A stretch of DNA of 64,000 nucleotides from Acidobacteriota bacterium (GTDB lineage Bacteria > Acidobacteriota > Vicinamibacteria > Vicinamibacterales > UBA2999), in contig JABFSA010000070.1 of NCBI GenBank assembly GCA_013140775.1, positions 38,838-102,837 of the forward strand, read 5' to 3'. Of this stretch, positions 1 to 9,127 are shown piece by piece. The notes beneath the pieces are model-generated. The model had not been told where the DNA came from and did not search any database. It was given only the letters and a program-made list of their open reading frames with translations. The position numbers and the translations under genes are program-made. Within the stretch, counting starts at the first letter, position 1. Each line of letters starts with the position of its first letter.

Positions 1-2
1 GC

Positions 3-518
3 CGGGTAAGCCTCGAGGGCCGACCCTGGGGTATCACGTCTCTGTATGACGCGGTCGCCGCAACTGCCAGGGCGGTGGCCGAACGCGCGAATCGGCATCG
101 CGCGATGCTCGTGATCACCGACGGGATTGACACGGGCAGCCGCCTCAGCGGACCTGAGGTGTCGGGTATCGCAAGCTCAATTGACGTTCCTGTCTATCTG
201 TTGACCGTTGTAACACCCCTTGACCATCCTGGAGGCGAGTACTCGGTCGTCTCTGCAGATGGCGCTGGAACCGACATAGCGACGCTCGCCGATCTGGCCA
301 GGTGGACGGGCGGCGACATGCGGGTGGCCAGCGTTCCAGCACACACGCATACGGCGATTCGAGACCTGTTCGAGGAATTGCGTTATCAGTACCTGATTAC
401 GTTCGAGCCGGACACGCGCCCCGGATGGCACCCGCTCGAGATTCGGCTCCGCAATAAGGATCTTTTGGTTCACGCGCGAGGCGGATACGTCTCCGGACCC
501 GCGCGAGTTGAAGACTGA
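3..518 (+). CDS. VWA (von Willebrand factor A) domain protein, C-terminal part; 5' end lies outside the window
   Basis: Frame is open from nt 3 with no stop before the listed GTG at 75. Contains ..SLYDAV..MLVITDGIDTGS.. (VWA MIDAS-distal region) and a C-terminal YQYLITFEP..GWHPLEIR tail. Paralogous in layout to CDS 29237-30247. Confidence 0.7.
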   Translation, partial: RVSLEGRPWGITSLYDAVAATARAVAERANRHRAMLVITDGIDTGSRLSGPEVSGIASSIDVPVYLLTVVTPLDHPGGEYSVVSADGAGTDIATLADLARWTGGDMRVASVPAHTHTAIRDLFEELRYQYLITFEPDTRPGWHPLEIRLRNKDLLVHARGGYVSGPARVED

Positions 519-547
519 CTGTAAGTAGGAACTTGGAGGAGACTGCC

Positions 548-1243
548 ATGAGTAAGAAACTGATCGCAGCATCGATGATTACGTTGAGCGTCGCCGTTGC
601 CCCCGCGTGCGCCACGAAGGGTTTCGTGCGCGAAGAGGTGGGAACGGTCAACTCGAAGGTTGACACGTTGGGCGGGACGGTCGAGCAGGCGCAGCAGCGC
701 ATCGGCCAGAACGAAGCCCGCATTGGCACAGTTGACCAGAAGGCCGAAGCGGCGGGTAAGGCCGCTGCTGATGCCCGATCGGCCGCGACGACCGCGCAGA
801 GTGCCGCTGACAAGGCTGCGCAACAGGCGACGGCGGTCAACGGCCGCGTTGACGTGGTTGCGAAAGAGGTTGAGGCCTCACGGCGCCTGATCTACACGGT
901 CACGCTGAGCGAGGATCAGGGTAACTTCAACTTCGGCAAGGCCGATCTGCCGGATACGGCCCGGACGCGGGTTGATCAGATGATCGATCAGCTCAAGACC
1001 AATCCGCAGAACGTGTTCATCGAAATCGAAGGCCACACGGACAACGTGGGCGACGCGGCGATGAACGAGCGGCTGGGAATGGAGCGAGCCGAAGCGGTCA
1101 AGCGGTATCTCTATGAACAGCACCAGGTGCCGCTGCACAAGATCAACGTGATCAGCTACGGCGAAGAGAAGCCGGTTGCGCCGAACAACACCCGTGACGG
1201 TCGCGCGCAGAACCGCCGCGTGGTCGTGAAGGTGCTTTCGTAA
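548..1243 (+). CDS. OmpA-family lipoprotein with Ala/Gln-rich coiled-coil N-terminal region
   Basis: GGAGGAG RBS at 535-541, 6 nt before ATG 548. Signal peptide with lipobox (..VAPAC). C-terminal OmpA-like peptidoglycan-binding motif (GHTDNVGD..NERLGMERAEAV..RRVVV). Confidence 0.85.
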   Translation: MSKKLIAASMITLSVAVAPACATKGFVREEVGTVNSKVDTLGGTVEQAQQRIGQNEARIGTVDQKAEAAGKAAADARSAATTAQSAADKAAQQATAVNGRVDVVAKEVEASRRLIYTVTLSEDQGNFNFGKADLPDTARTRVDQMIDQLKTNPQNVFIEIEGHTDNVGDAAMNERLGMERAEAVKRYLYEQHQVPLHKINVISYGEEKPVAPNNTRDGRAQNRRVVVKVLS

Positions 1244-1261
1244 GCCGTTCTTGTTCAGGGA

Positions 1262-1285
1262 ACCCAGGGGCACCCGCCCCTGGGT
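1262..1285. terminator. 9-bp perfect hairpin (ACCCAGGGG-cacccg-CCCCTGGGT) between convergent genes
   Basis: Lies between the OmpA-like stop (1243) and the convergent stop (1290). No U-tract. Confidence 0.4.
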
Positions 1286-1289
1286 CTTC

Positions 1290-1976
1290 CTACCGTAAGG
1301 CCCCCAGGTTTACCCGCACGCGCGCCAGTTCCTTTTTTCCCTCCCTCACGACAACTTCATAGACGCCGCTCGCCTGGAGCTCCTGCGCCGAGAAGCCAGC
1401 GATAACGGTCCCGCCGAGCAGCGGTTCAGTGCCGCCCGGAACATTCAACGGGATGCTCGGAGACAGCGGCGGCGTCCCATTCACCCGTGCGCCAAACCGA
1501 GGCGTACGGCTGATCTGCTTGGGGAGGACGGGTGGCGGTTGTGGTCTTCCTGCCGTGATTGGGACCGCAACGAGTTCTACCTCGTACGGCGGCACTCCCA
1601 CATACGCATTCAACGGATGGAAGGTGAGTTCGATGACGAACTCCACCAGGCCAAGCCGGTCGCCGGCTGTGCGAATCATGTCCGGTTGACCGAGTGGGCG
1701 TGCGCCCAGCCTGGCCCTCTCGTCGGCGATCATGACGACCCGGCGAAATGGCGTGACAACGTCGATGTAGTCGATGGGGGCTTTGGCTACGGTAAAGCGA
1801 TAGGGTCGGTGAAACTGGAGCCGCACCGACTCGACCCTGGACTCCCCGATTGCCATGGCGGCGTTGATGAGGGGGAGGTCGAGCGACCGCTCGAATCCTG
1901 AGGCAATACCAGCCCCCAGGACCACAGCACACAGGATGCGATAGACCGTGTGCGCCACAAGAACATGGTAGCGCAC
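1290..1976 (-). CDS. hypothetical protein with N-terminal hydrophobic segment
   Basis: 228-aa ORF lying 14 nt downstream of the CHRD gene on the same strand. No family recognised. Confidence 0.55.
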   Translation of the reverse strand: MRYHVLVAHTVYRILCAVVLGAGIASGFERSLDLPLINAAMAIGESRVESVRLQFHRPYRFTVAKAPIDYIDVVTPFRRVVMIADERARLGARPLGQPDMIRTAGDRLGLVEFVIELTFHPLNAYVGVPPYEVELVAVPITAGRPQPPPVLPKQISRTPRFGARVNGTPPLSPSIPLNVPGGTEPLLGGTVIAGFSAQELQASGVYEVVVREGKKELARVRVNLGALR

Positions 1977-1990
1977 ACGGTAGTGGTTGA

Positions 1991-2482
1991 TTACTTCTTG
2001 ACGACGCTCAGCTGTCCCCGGATCTCTCCACCCGGGTTCTGGGTCGTGTGGACGTTGACGTACGCGTTGCCGCCCACGATCGCCTGGATGGCATCCTCGA
2101 TGGTGTTGATCCCGACCGCCGGTCGTGCGACGAACACGCCCGGAGTATCGCCAAGCCGGAACGTCATCGCAAAGTCACCCGTCCGCCCGACCAGCGCCGG
2201 CGGGAAGTTCAGCACGGTTGGCCCTGGCGTTCCTGGCGATCCGATGTGGATATGACCGGCGGTCGTCGGCGTCGGCGTGTTGAACACCCGCAACGTCACC
2301 GAAATTTCGTTGTTCTTCTGATCGACCCCCAACTCCACAGAGCCAAACATTCCGGTGTTGAGGGCCGCAGGTGTTTCCTCGCCACCCGTCAGTTCCGCAG
2401 TCATGACCTGCGCGGAAGCCTGGCCAGAAAGCAGAAGCGTGAGCGCAAGGGTACCGGTGCCGATTCCGAGAAACTTCGTCAT
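1991..2482 (-). CDS. CHRD domain-containing secreted protein
   Basis: Signal peptide (..LLLSGQASAQ). CHRD-like features: ELTGGEE.P, GHIHIG.PG..GP, AYVNVHT..NPGGEIRGQL. AAGGAGAG RBS upstream of ATG 2482. Confidence 0.8.
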   Translation of the reverse strand: MTKFLGIGTGTLALTLLLSGQASAQVMTAELTGGEETPAALNTGMFGSVELGVDQKNNEISVTLRVFNTPTPTTAGHIHIGSPGTPGPTVLNFPPALVGRTGDFAMTFRLGDTPGVFVARPAVGINTIEDAIQAIVGGNAYVNVHTTQNPGGEIRGQLSVVKK

Positions 2483-2665
2483 TGTGAATCTCTCCTTGTA
2501 GTCGTCCAGCGTCAGAGGGTGGAGGACAGCACGAAACGGACCAGTTCGTCGGCCTCAGGCTCAACAAGATACAGCCGATCGGACCTGCGGGGGTTACGGA
2601 GGACGAAAATGTTTTCGCGTCCCGCGGCTGGAGAGCGACGCGGCTCGGCGGTAGACTGATGGCCG

Positions 2666-3406
2666 ATGGACCTCGCCGATCGCGTCGCATTGATCACGGG
2701 TGGGAAGCGTATCGGCGCTGTCGTCGCGACGGAGCTTGCTCGAAACGGGGTTGACGTTGCCCTGGTCTACCGCGAGTCCAGGGCCGAAGCCGAGGAGACG
2801 GCCGCCGCCGTGCGCGCACTCGGACGGCGGGCGGCCGTGCTCCAGGCCAACCTCGCGGAGCCAGACGAAGCTGAGCGCGTCGTGGACGAAGCCGTCGGTC
2901 AGCTCGGACGCCTCGACATCCTGGTCAACATGGCGTCCCTCTATCGTCAGCGGTCGTTCGACGACGTTGAGGTGAGCGACTGGGATGCGCAAATGGCGGT
3001 CGATCTACGGGCCGTCTGGTTGTGTGCGCGAGCGGCGGTGCCGCACATGCGTCGCGTCCGTGGAGGACGCATCGTCAATTTTTCCGACTGGGTGGCCCGC
3101 AGCGGCCGTCCCCGCTATGCGGGGTACCTGACGTACTACGTGGCGAAAGCGGCGGTGGTGGCACTGACCGAGGCTCTCGCCCTTGAACTGGCGCCCGACC
3201 AGATTCTCGTCAATGCCGTGGCTCCAGGTCCGATTGTTGCGCCTGAAGGAATCTCAGACGAGGAGTTCGCGCAGGTCGAACGGGCCACACCGCTTGGCCG
3301 CTGGGGGGGCGAGACGGAAATCGCGAAGGCAGTGCTGGCGCTGGTTGATACCGACTTCATCACTGGTGAAACCATCCGTGTCGATGGCGGCAGACACCTG
3401 AAATAG
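2666..3406 (+). CDS. SDR-family oxidoreductase
   Basis: N-terminal Rossmann motif ITGGKRIG, catalytic YxxxK (YYVAKAAV), typical ~246 aa length. Confidence 0.9.
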   Translation: MDLADRVALITGGKRIGAVVATELARNGVDVALVYRESRAEAEETAAAVRALGRRAAVLQANLAEPDEAERVVDEAVGQLGRLDILVNMASLYRQRSFDDVEVSDWDAQMAVDLRAVWLCARAAVPHMRRVRGGRIVNFSDWVARSGRPRYAGYLTYYVAKAAVVALTEALALELAPDQILVNAVAPGPIVAPEGISDEEFAQVERATPLGRWGGETEIAKAVLALVDTDFITGETIRVDGGRHLK

Positions 3407-3411
3407 AAGGT

Positions 3412-4266
3412 TCAGACGAGCGCGCCCGCGCGTGTCAGGATTTTGTTCAGCGTCGCTGACGTGCCGATGATCGGCAGATTGCTGATGTAGAAATGCCGTA
3501 CCCCGAGGTCCATCATTGCGCGGATCGTTCGCGCGCAGACTTCGACGGGTGTCGCGCCCGCTGCGAATTCCGCAATCAGAGACTCCGCCGGAACCGGCAG
3601 GAACTGGCTCAGAATCTCCAGAGTCCTCCGGTTGGCGCTCCGGTAATAAAACACCCCGAACATTCCCGGTACATGGTCGAGGCCACTGCGCCGCGCTTCT
3701 GCCATGAACTTCGCGACCGGATTGACGTCGAGATGGCTCACGATCTGGGTCAGGTAGAACTCTGCCGTAAAGGACGTGTCGGCGAGGTATGCGGCCTGGC
3801 GTTCCGGATCGCGGTACGGGTTGGCCCATCCGCCGAGCGTCAGGCGTGGCTCATGTGCCTTGATCTCGCGGCGCAGCTCCCAGGCGTGCTTGACGCAACG
3901 CGGCCGGCCCAGGCTCTGGTCTCCGCCCAGGACGACCAGAGCGGGAAAGCCATGCTGCCATGCCTGCTCTGCATAGCTCAGGCAGAAGTCGAGCGAGTGC
4001 TTCGTCGTGAGAAACGGAACGATCCGATCTCGCGGCATGTCGGGTCCAAGGTTCGAGACCAGATGACGCAGGTTGTTTTCTTCCTGCAGTCCAACCGCGC
4101 TGTCCGTCAGGAAAACGGCGACGTTCTGCTTCGTGAGCGTCCGCACGGCATGGTACGTGTCGATCCAGGCGTCCATGCCCTCGAGCGATCCCAGTTCGGC
4201 ACGCGGCGGTCGAAGTTCGGCGGCAAAGACGGTTTGCGCGGATTGAAGAGTGCTGAGAAACGACAT
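3412..4266 (-). CDS. methylenetetrahydrofolate reductase-like protein (distant MTHFR family)
   Basis: TIM-barrel MTHFR-like blocks (..FLTDSAVG.., LVVLGGD, HFYISNL). Start moved to ATG 4266 (MSFLS..), 1 nt after the upstream gene's stop; the ORF track extends to 4314. Confidence 0.55.
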   Translation of the reverse strand: MSFLSTLQSAQTVFAAELRPPRAELGSLEGMDAWIDTYHAVRTLTKQNVAVFLTDSAVGLQEENNLRHLVSNLGPDMPRDRIVPFLTTKHSLDFCLSYAEQAWQHGFPALVVLGGDQSLGRPRCVKHAWELRREIKAHEPRLTLGGWANPYRDPERQAAYLADTSFTAEFYLTQIVSHLDVNPVAKFMAEARRSGLDHVPGMFGVFYYRSANRRTLEILSQFLPVPAESLIAEFAAGATPVEVCARTIRAMMDLGVRHFYISNLPIIGTSATLNKILTRAGALV

Positions 4267-4267
4267 G

Positions 4268-6514
4268 CTATTGCGCACCGGGTCCGGTCGCCGGGGCATT
4301 GACTCGCAGAGCACTCATTGTGAAGTCGAACATGATCTGACGGAGGTGTTTGTTGAGACGTGCATCGCTGAAGCCATGACGTTGACGCGGGTAGATCATC
4401 AACTCGAACGTCTTGCCCGCGCGCTGCAGCTCGTAGACGAACTGCTCTGAATTCTGCCGGTGCACGTTGTCGTCGATGCCGCCGTGAATGAGCAGCATGC
4501 GGCCGTGCAGGTTTGTTGCGGCAAACCGTGGGGCCGTCGATCGATAGCCCGACGGGTTGTTCATCGGGGTTTTCATGTACCGTTCGGTATAGACGGTGTC
4601 GTAGTTCCGCCAGTCGGTCACTGGCGCGCCAACGATGCCGGCCGCCCAGCTCGTGCTGTGCGTCAGCGCGTAGGCCGTCATGAATCCACCGTAGCTCCAT
4701 CCGTACAAGGCGATCCTCGAAGGATCCACATACGGTTGCTGCTTGAGCCACGTGATCCCGTCCTCGAGATCCTGAAGTTCAAGCTCACCGAGGCGGCCGT
4801 ACACGGGCCATTGGGATTCCACGCCCTTGCCTCCGGAGCTTCGGTTATCGAGGACCCAGACGACGATCCCCTGCTGCGCCAGCATCTGGTGATAGATGTA
4901 CTGCGAGTATCCCCATTGGTTGCGCACTGACGCCGTTCCCGGGCCTGCGTACGTGAGCTGGTAGACCGGGTACGTCCTGGAAGGGTTGAAGTCTGGTGGC
5001 CGGATCACCATGCCGTCCATCGTGAAGCCGTCGCGCGTACGCACCTCGACGAACTCCGGCGTGGAGAGCCGATAAGTCGCAAGCGACGCCACGGCATTGG
5101 CATCGATGACCCGCACGTCGCTGCCGTCCGCACGGTGCAGTCGAACCTGCGGTGGTGTGGTGACATCGCTCCACGTGTCGATGTAGTGCGTAAATGCGGG
5201 ACTGAAGTTCGCGCGATGCGTGCCGTCAGTTCGAGAAACACGGGTCAGGGCGTTCCCGTCGAGTCCAGTCCGGTAGATGTCGGTATCGATATGACGTCGT
5301 GCGCCCGCGTCGAAGTACACGTGTCCGTGCGGTTCGTCCACACCGTAGAACGTTCGAACGTCCCACCGGCCCGATGTGACGGGTCGAACCAGCTCACCGT
5401 CCTTCCGGTACAGGTAGAGGTGCTTGAAGCCCGTTCGTTCGCTGAACCAGAGAAACGACGTGTCCTTGAGCCAGATGGGGCTCCCGTTGACGTTGACCCA
5501 CGCCGGCGTGGTCTCGCGGAGCAGCCGCCGCGACCGTCCTGAGTCGGGATCCGCGAGATTGAGATCGAGCCAGGTCTGCTCCCGGTTCTGGACCTGGTAG
5601 GTCAAGCCGAGAGTGCCGGGCGCCCAATCAACGTCCACCACGAGCATGTCAGCAGGCACGTAGTCGCCCTGCTCGACCCACACGGCCTCGCCTCCTGCCG
5701 CGCGGGCAATCCCGAGGCGAACCAGCGGGTTTGCGTCTCCAGCCTTGGGATAGTCGGTGACTTCGACCGTCGGCCTGTAGGGAATGTCATCGACGACCGT
5801 GTACTCGGGGACCGGCCGCTCATCGAGGTGAAGAAACGCGAGATGAGAGGAGTCGGGACTCCACCAGTACCCGCGAAAACGGCCGCGGCCATAGATCTCT
5901 TCCTGATACAGCCAATCGAGCTTGCCGTTCAGAATCTGCGGACCACCGTCGGTTGTAATTGCGCGTTCCCGCTTTCCCCCGACGTCCACGACATGCAGGT
6001 TGTTGCCACGGACGAACGCAACCGAATCACCGTCCGGACTGAACCCGGCTTCCTCTTCAGGACCGGGCGTGTTGGTCAGCCGCGTGGCGACATCAGTGCC
6101 GAACCGGTAGAAGTACAAGTCCTCGTCAATCTCGACGAGCGCACCGGTGCGTGACGGATTGAACAGCAGATCGTTGGAACGCGATAACGCGCCGGCTCTG
6201 GCCGACGTCAGACCAGGAAGTCGCGCGAGTGCTGACTCCATTCGAGCGGTGTCAAAGAGCGGAGTCGTGCGCCCGGAAACGGCATCGACTCTTACCCATT
6301 CAACACCGCTGCCGGTTCTCCGGGGCTGCAGGTAGCTCGCGTCATCGATCCAGCGGAGATTCGTGGGTGGGGAGCCGCTGAAATCGACACGTTGATCCGG
6401 GTCGTAGATGGCGTCGAGGCTGAGCATCCGACCCGATGTCTGGCCCGATACCGTCGCCGTCACGGCGACTGCGCACACGCCCAGGGTCACGCTACGCCGA
6501 AAGGCGGACACCAT
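4268..6514 (-). CDS. S9-family serine peptidase, dipeptidyl-peptidase IV-like (beta-propeller plus alpha/beta hydrolase)
   Basis: 748 aa with signal peptide, DPPIV-type N-terminal propeller region and catalytic GWSYGG nucleophile elbow. Confidence 0.9.
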   Translation of the reverse strand: MVSAFRRSVTLGVCAVAVTATVSGQTSGRMLSLDAIYDPDQRVDFSGSPPTNLRWIDDASYLQPRRTGSGVEWVRVDAVSGRTTPLFDTARMESALARLPGLTSARAGALSRSNDLLFNPSRTGALVEIDEDLYFYRFGTDVATRLTNTPGPEEEAGFSPDGDSVAFVRGNNLHVVDVGGKRERAITTDGGPQILNGKLDWLYQEEIYGRGRFRGYWWSPDSSHLAFLHLDERPVPEYTVVDDIPYRPTVEVTDYPKAGDANPLVRLGIARAAGGEAVWVEQGDYVPADMLVVDVDWAPGTLGLTYQVQNREQTWLDLNLADPDSGRSRRLLRETTPAWVNVNGSPIWLKDTSFLWFSERTGFKHLYLYRKDGELVRPVTSGRWDVRTFYGVDEPHGHVYFDAGARRHIDTDIYRTGLDGNALTRVSRTDGTHRANFSPAFTHYIDTWSDVTTPPQVRLHRADGSDVRVIDANAVASLATYRLSTPEFVEVRTRDGFTMDGMVIRPPDFNPSRTYPVYQLTYAGPGTASVRNQWGYSQYIYHQMLAQQGIVVWVLDNRSSGGKGVESQWPVYGRLGELELQDLEDGITWLKQQPYVDPSRIALYGWSYGGFMTAYALTHSTSWAAGIVGAPVTDWRNYDTVYTERYMKTPMNNPSGYRSTAPRFAATNLHGRMLLIHGGIDDNVHRQNSEQFVYELQRAGKTFELMIYPRQRHGFSDARLNKHLRQIMFDFTMSALRVNAPATGPGAQ

Positions 6515-6555
6515 GACGGACAGAATAGCAGGCCCGGGCCTGCTATTGTCTCGGT

Positions 6556-7932
6556 ATGGCTGAGTTGACGTTTCTCGGGGCGGCGCGCACGGTCACAGGG
6601 TCGAAATACCTTCTCGAACACAATGGCCGCCGGGTGCTCTTCGACTGTGGGCTGTTTCAAGGTCTGAAGGAGTTGCGCCTTCGGAACTGGGAGGAGTTTC
6701 CTGTTCCACCCAGCTCAATCGACGCCGTCGTCCTGACTCACGCGCATCTCGATCACGTGGGTTACCTGCCCAGGCTCGTCTCCCGGGGATTTCGCGGTCG
6801 CATTGTCTGCACCGCGGGTACAGCCGATCTGTGTCAGCTGGTGTTGCCCGATGCCGGGCGGATCCAGGAAGAGGACGCCAGACAGGCAAACAAGCACGGC
6901 TACTCGAAACACACTCCCGCGCTGCCTCTCTATACGGAGGCAGACGCCTATCGCACGCTGACGCAGCTGCAATCACACGGCTATCGCAAACCGCTGGAGG
7001 TGGTGACAGGCCTGAGCGTGGAGTTTGCGCAGGCAGGCCACCTCCTTGGTTCAGCGTATGTGGTGGCCCGTCTCGACGGTGCAGGCACCATCCTGTTTGG
7101 CGGTGACCTCGGACGATACAACCGGCCTGTGCTGCAGGATCCCGCGGACGCGGTGGAAGCCGACCTGGTCCTGGTCGAGTCCACGTATGGCGATCGCGAT
7201 CATGCGGCTGACGACGACGGGCGGATGCTCGCGGAGGTGATTCGCGAAACCGTCAGGCGCGGCGGGAAAGTGATTATTCCGGCATTTGCGATCGGGCGCG
7301 TCGAGGAGTTGTTGTACTGGGTTCGGAGGCTGGAACAGGAGCGGAAGATTCCGGTCACTCCTGTGTACGTTGATAGCCCGATGGCAACAGATGCGCTGCG
7401 GTACTACTCGGCGCGTGTTGCCGAGCTGGATCCAGACCTGCGGCCATCCGGAAGAGACGCCCTGGTGTTTGGGTCCAGCCGTTTTCAGACGGTTGCGTCC
7501 GTCCAGCAGTCGAAAGAGCTGACGGCCTCGAAACGAAGCGCCATTGTGATTTCAGCGAGCGGAATGGCAACCGGTGGACGCGTGCTGCACCACCTGGCCG
7601 CGGCGTTGCCAGACCGCAGGAACACTGTGCTGTTCGTCGGGCATCAGGCGGTGGGGACTCGCGGCCGTCAACTGGTGGACGGCGCCAGGGAAGTCAGGAT
7701 TCACGGCCAGCAGATTTCCGTTGCTGCGCAAATCGCGAAAATCGATTCGATGTCGGCGCACGCCGATCGCGGTGAGATTCTGAAGTGGCTGGGAACGCTT
7801 CCTCGAAAACCGGGGCGGCTCTGTCTCGTCCACGGCGAACCGACTGCAATGGATGCGCTGAAGACGCTCATCAAGGATCGGCTTGGCTGGGACGCGCTCA
7901 CGCCGCAGTACGGCGAGCGCATCACCGTGTAA
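6556..7932 (+). CDS. MBL-fold metallo-hydrolase of the beta-CASP (RNA-metabolising) type
   Basis: HxHxDH motif (THAHLDHVG), beta-CASP-type middle region, C-terminal ..SAHAD.. motif. Confidence 0.85.
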   Translation: MAELTFLGAARTVTGSKYLLEHNGRRVLFDCGLFQGLKELRLRNWEEFPVPPSSIDAVVLTHAHLDHVGYLPRLVSRGFRGRIVCTAGTADLCQLVLPDAGRIQEEDARQANKHGYSKHTPALPLYTEADAYRTLTQLQSHGYRKPLEVVTGLSVEFAQAGHLLGSAYVVARLDGAGTILFGGDLGRYNRPVLQDPADAVEADLVLVESTYGDRDHAADDDGRMLAEVIRETVRRGGKVIIPAFAIGRVEELLYWVRRLEQERKIPVTPVYVDSPMATDALRYYSARVAELDPDLRPSGRDALVFGSSRFQTVASVQQSKELTASKRSAIVISASGMATGGRVLHHLAAALPDRRNTVLFVGHQAVGTRGRQLVDGAREVRIHGQQISVAAQIAKIDSMSAHADRGEILKWLGTLPRKPGRLCLVHGEPTAMDALKTLIKDRLGWDALTPQYGERITV

Positions 7933-7966
7933 CTGAAACGCATCCCCTTCGTGGCATCATCGACGT

Positions 7967-9127
7967 GTGTTCTCGCGTCGGGTGCCTTCTCACAGCGAAG
8001 CAAATCGGATCTCGCGTGCGGTCCAGACGCTGCGGGCGGATGGTACGCCGTTCGTGGATTTGACGGAATCCAATCCGACCCAGGCCGGGATCCCGTATCC
8101 GACCGGGATCGTCGCTTCTCTCAGCGATCCCTCAGCGCTTCGCTATGAGCCTTCTTCTCTTGGGCTCCTCTCGGCTCGTCGTGCGGTCGCCGACGATCAT
8201 CTACGCCGCGGCGTTGTCGTCGATCCCGCGCACGTCGTTCTGACATCCAGCACGAGCGAGGCATACAGCTGGCTGTTCAAGCTGCTGTGCAATCCCGGCG
8301 AAGGCGTACTGATCCCCAGGCCAAGTTACCCACTGTTCGATCACTTGACGACGCTCGAGGGCGTGTTTGCGCACCCGTACGCGCTCGAGTATCACGGGCG
8401 CTGGGACATTGATTTCGATTCGATTGCATCGGCGCCACCTGGTGTTCGGGCGCTCCTTCTCGTGTCGCCCAACAATCCGACCGGTTCTGTCGTTACTACG
8501 GACGAGCTGGAGCGGATCACGGCGGTGTGCAAGCGTCAGGGCTGGGCGCTCGTCGTCGATGAGGTGTTCGCCGACTATCCACTCGATACCCACGGAGCGC
8601 TCACCGACATCGCGACGCGCAGCGAGGTGCTGTGCTTTACGCTGGCCGGGTTGTCCAAGACGATCGGATTGCCGCAGCTCAAGCTTGGCTGGTGTGTCGT
8701 CGGAGGTCCTCCAGCGGAGCGCGACGCCGCGCTCGCAGCACTGGAGATGGTCGCAGACAGCTACCTGTCGGTCGGCACACCGGTGCAGGTCGCAGCGCCG
8801 GCGCTTCTCAGTGCGGGCGCGTCTATCCGCGATGCCATTCAGGTGAGGATTGGACGGAATCTCGAGAGGCTGCGCGCGCTGACGCAGGCCGCGCCCGCGT
8901 GTGAGGTTCTTCGTGCCGAAGGCGGATGGTCGGCCGTGTTGCGAGTTCCCGCGACGCGAGAGGAGGAATTGCTGGTGCTCGACCTCCTGCGCGACGAGCG
9001 AGTCCTCGTCCATCCGGGTTACTTCTTCGATTTCCCGTCGGAAGCGTACCTCGTGCTCAGCCTGCTGCCGGCCGAGGATGTGTTCGCGGACGCAGCTGGC
9101 CGGGTTCTCAGGTACGTCGAATGCTGA
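7967..9127 (+). CDS. PLP-dependent aminotransferase (class I/II)
   Basis: N-terminal L.ESNPT..G..YP block, SPNNPTG, and PLP-lysine region LSKTIGLPQLKLGW. GTG start at 7967. Confidence 0.85.
   Translation: MFSRRVPSHSEANRISRAVQTLRADGTPFVDLTESNPTQAGIPYPTGIVASLSDPSALRYEPSSLGLLSARRAVADDHLRRGVVVDPAHVVLTSSTSEAYSWLFKLLCNPGEGVLIPRPSYPLFDHLTTLEGVFAHPYALEYHGRWDIDFDSIASAPPGVRALLLVSPNNPTGSVVTTDELERITAVCKRQGWALVVDEVFADYPLDTHGALTDIATRSEVLCFTLAGLSKTIGLPQLKLGWCVVGGPPAERDAALAALEMVADSYLSVGTPVQVAAPALLSAGASIRDAIQVRIGRNLERLRALTQAAPACEVLRAEGGWSAVLRVPATREEELLVLDLLRDERVLVHPGYFFDFPSEAYLVLSLLPAEDVFADAAGRVLRYVEC

Noticed and set aside
2512-2697. 61-aa minus-strand ORF in the CHRD/SDR divergent region.
   Set aside because: It overlaps the SDR start by about 30 nt, has no RBS or recognisable family, and has an N-terminal half of low complexity. 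There is insufficient support to call it a gene.
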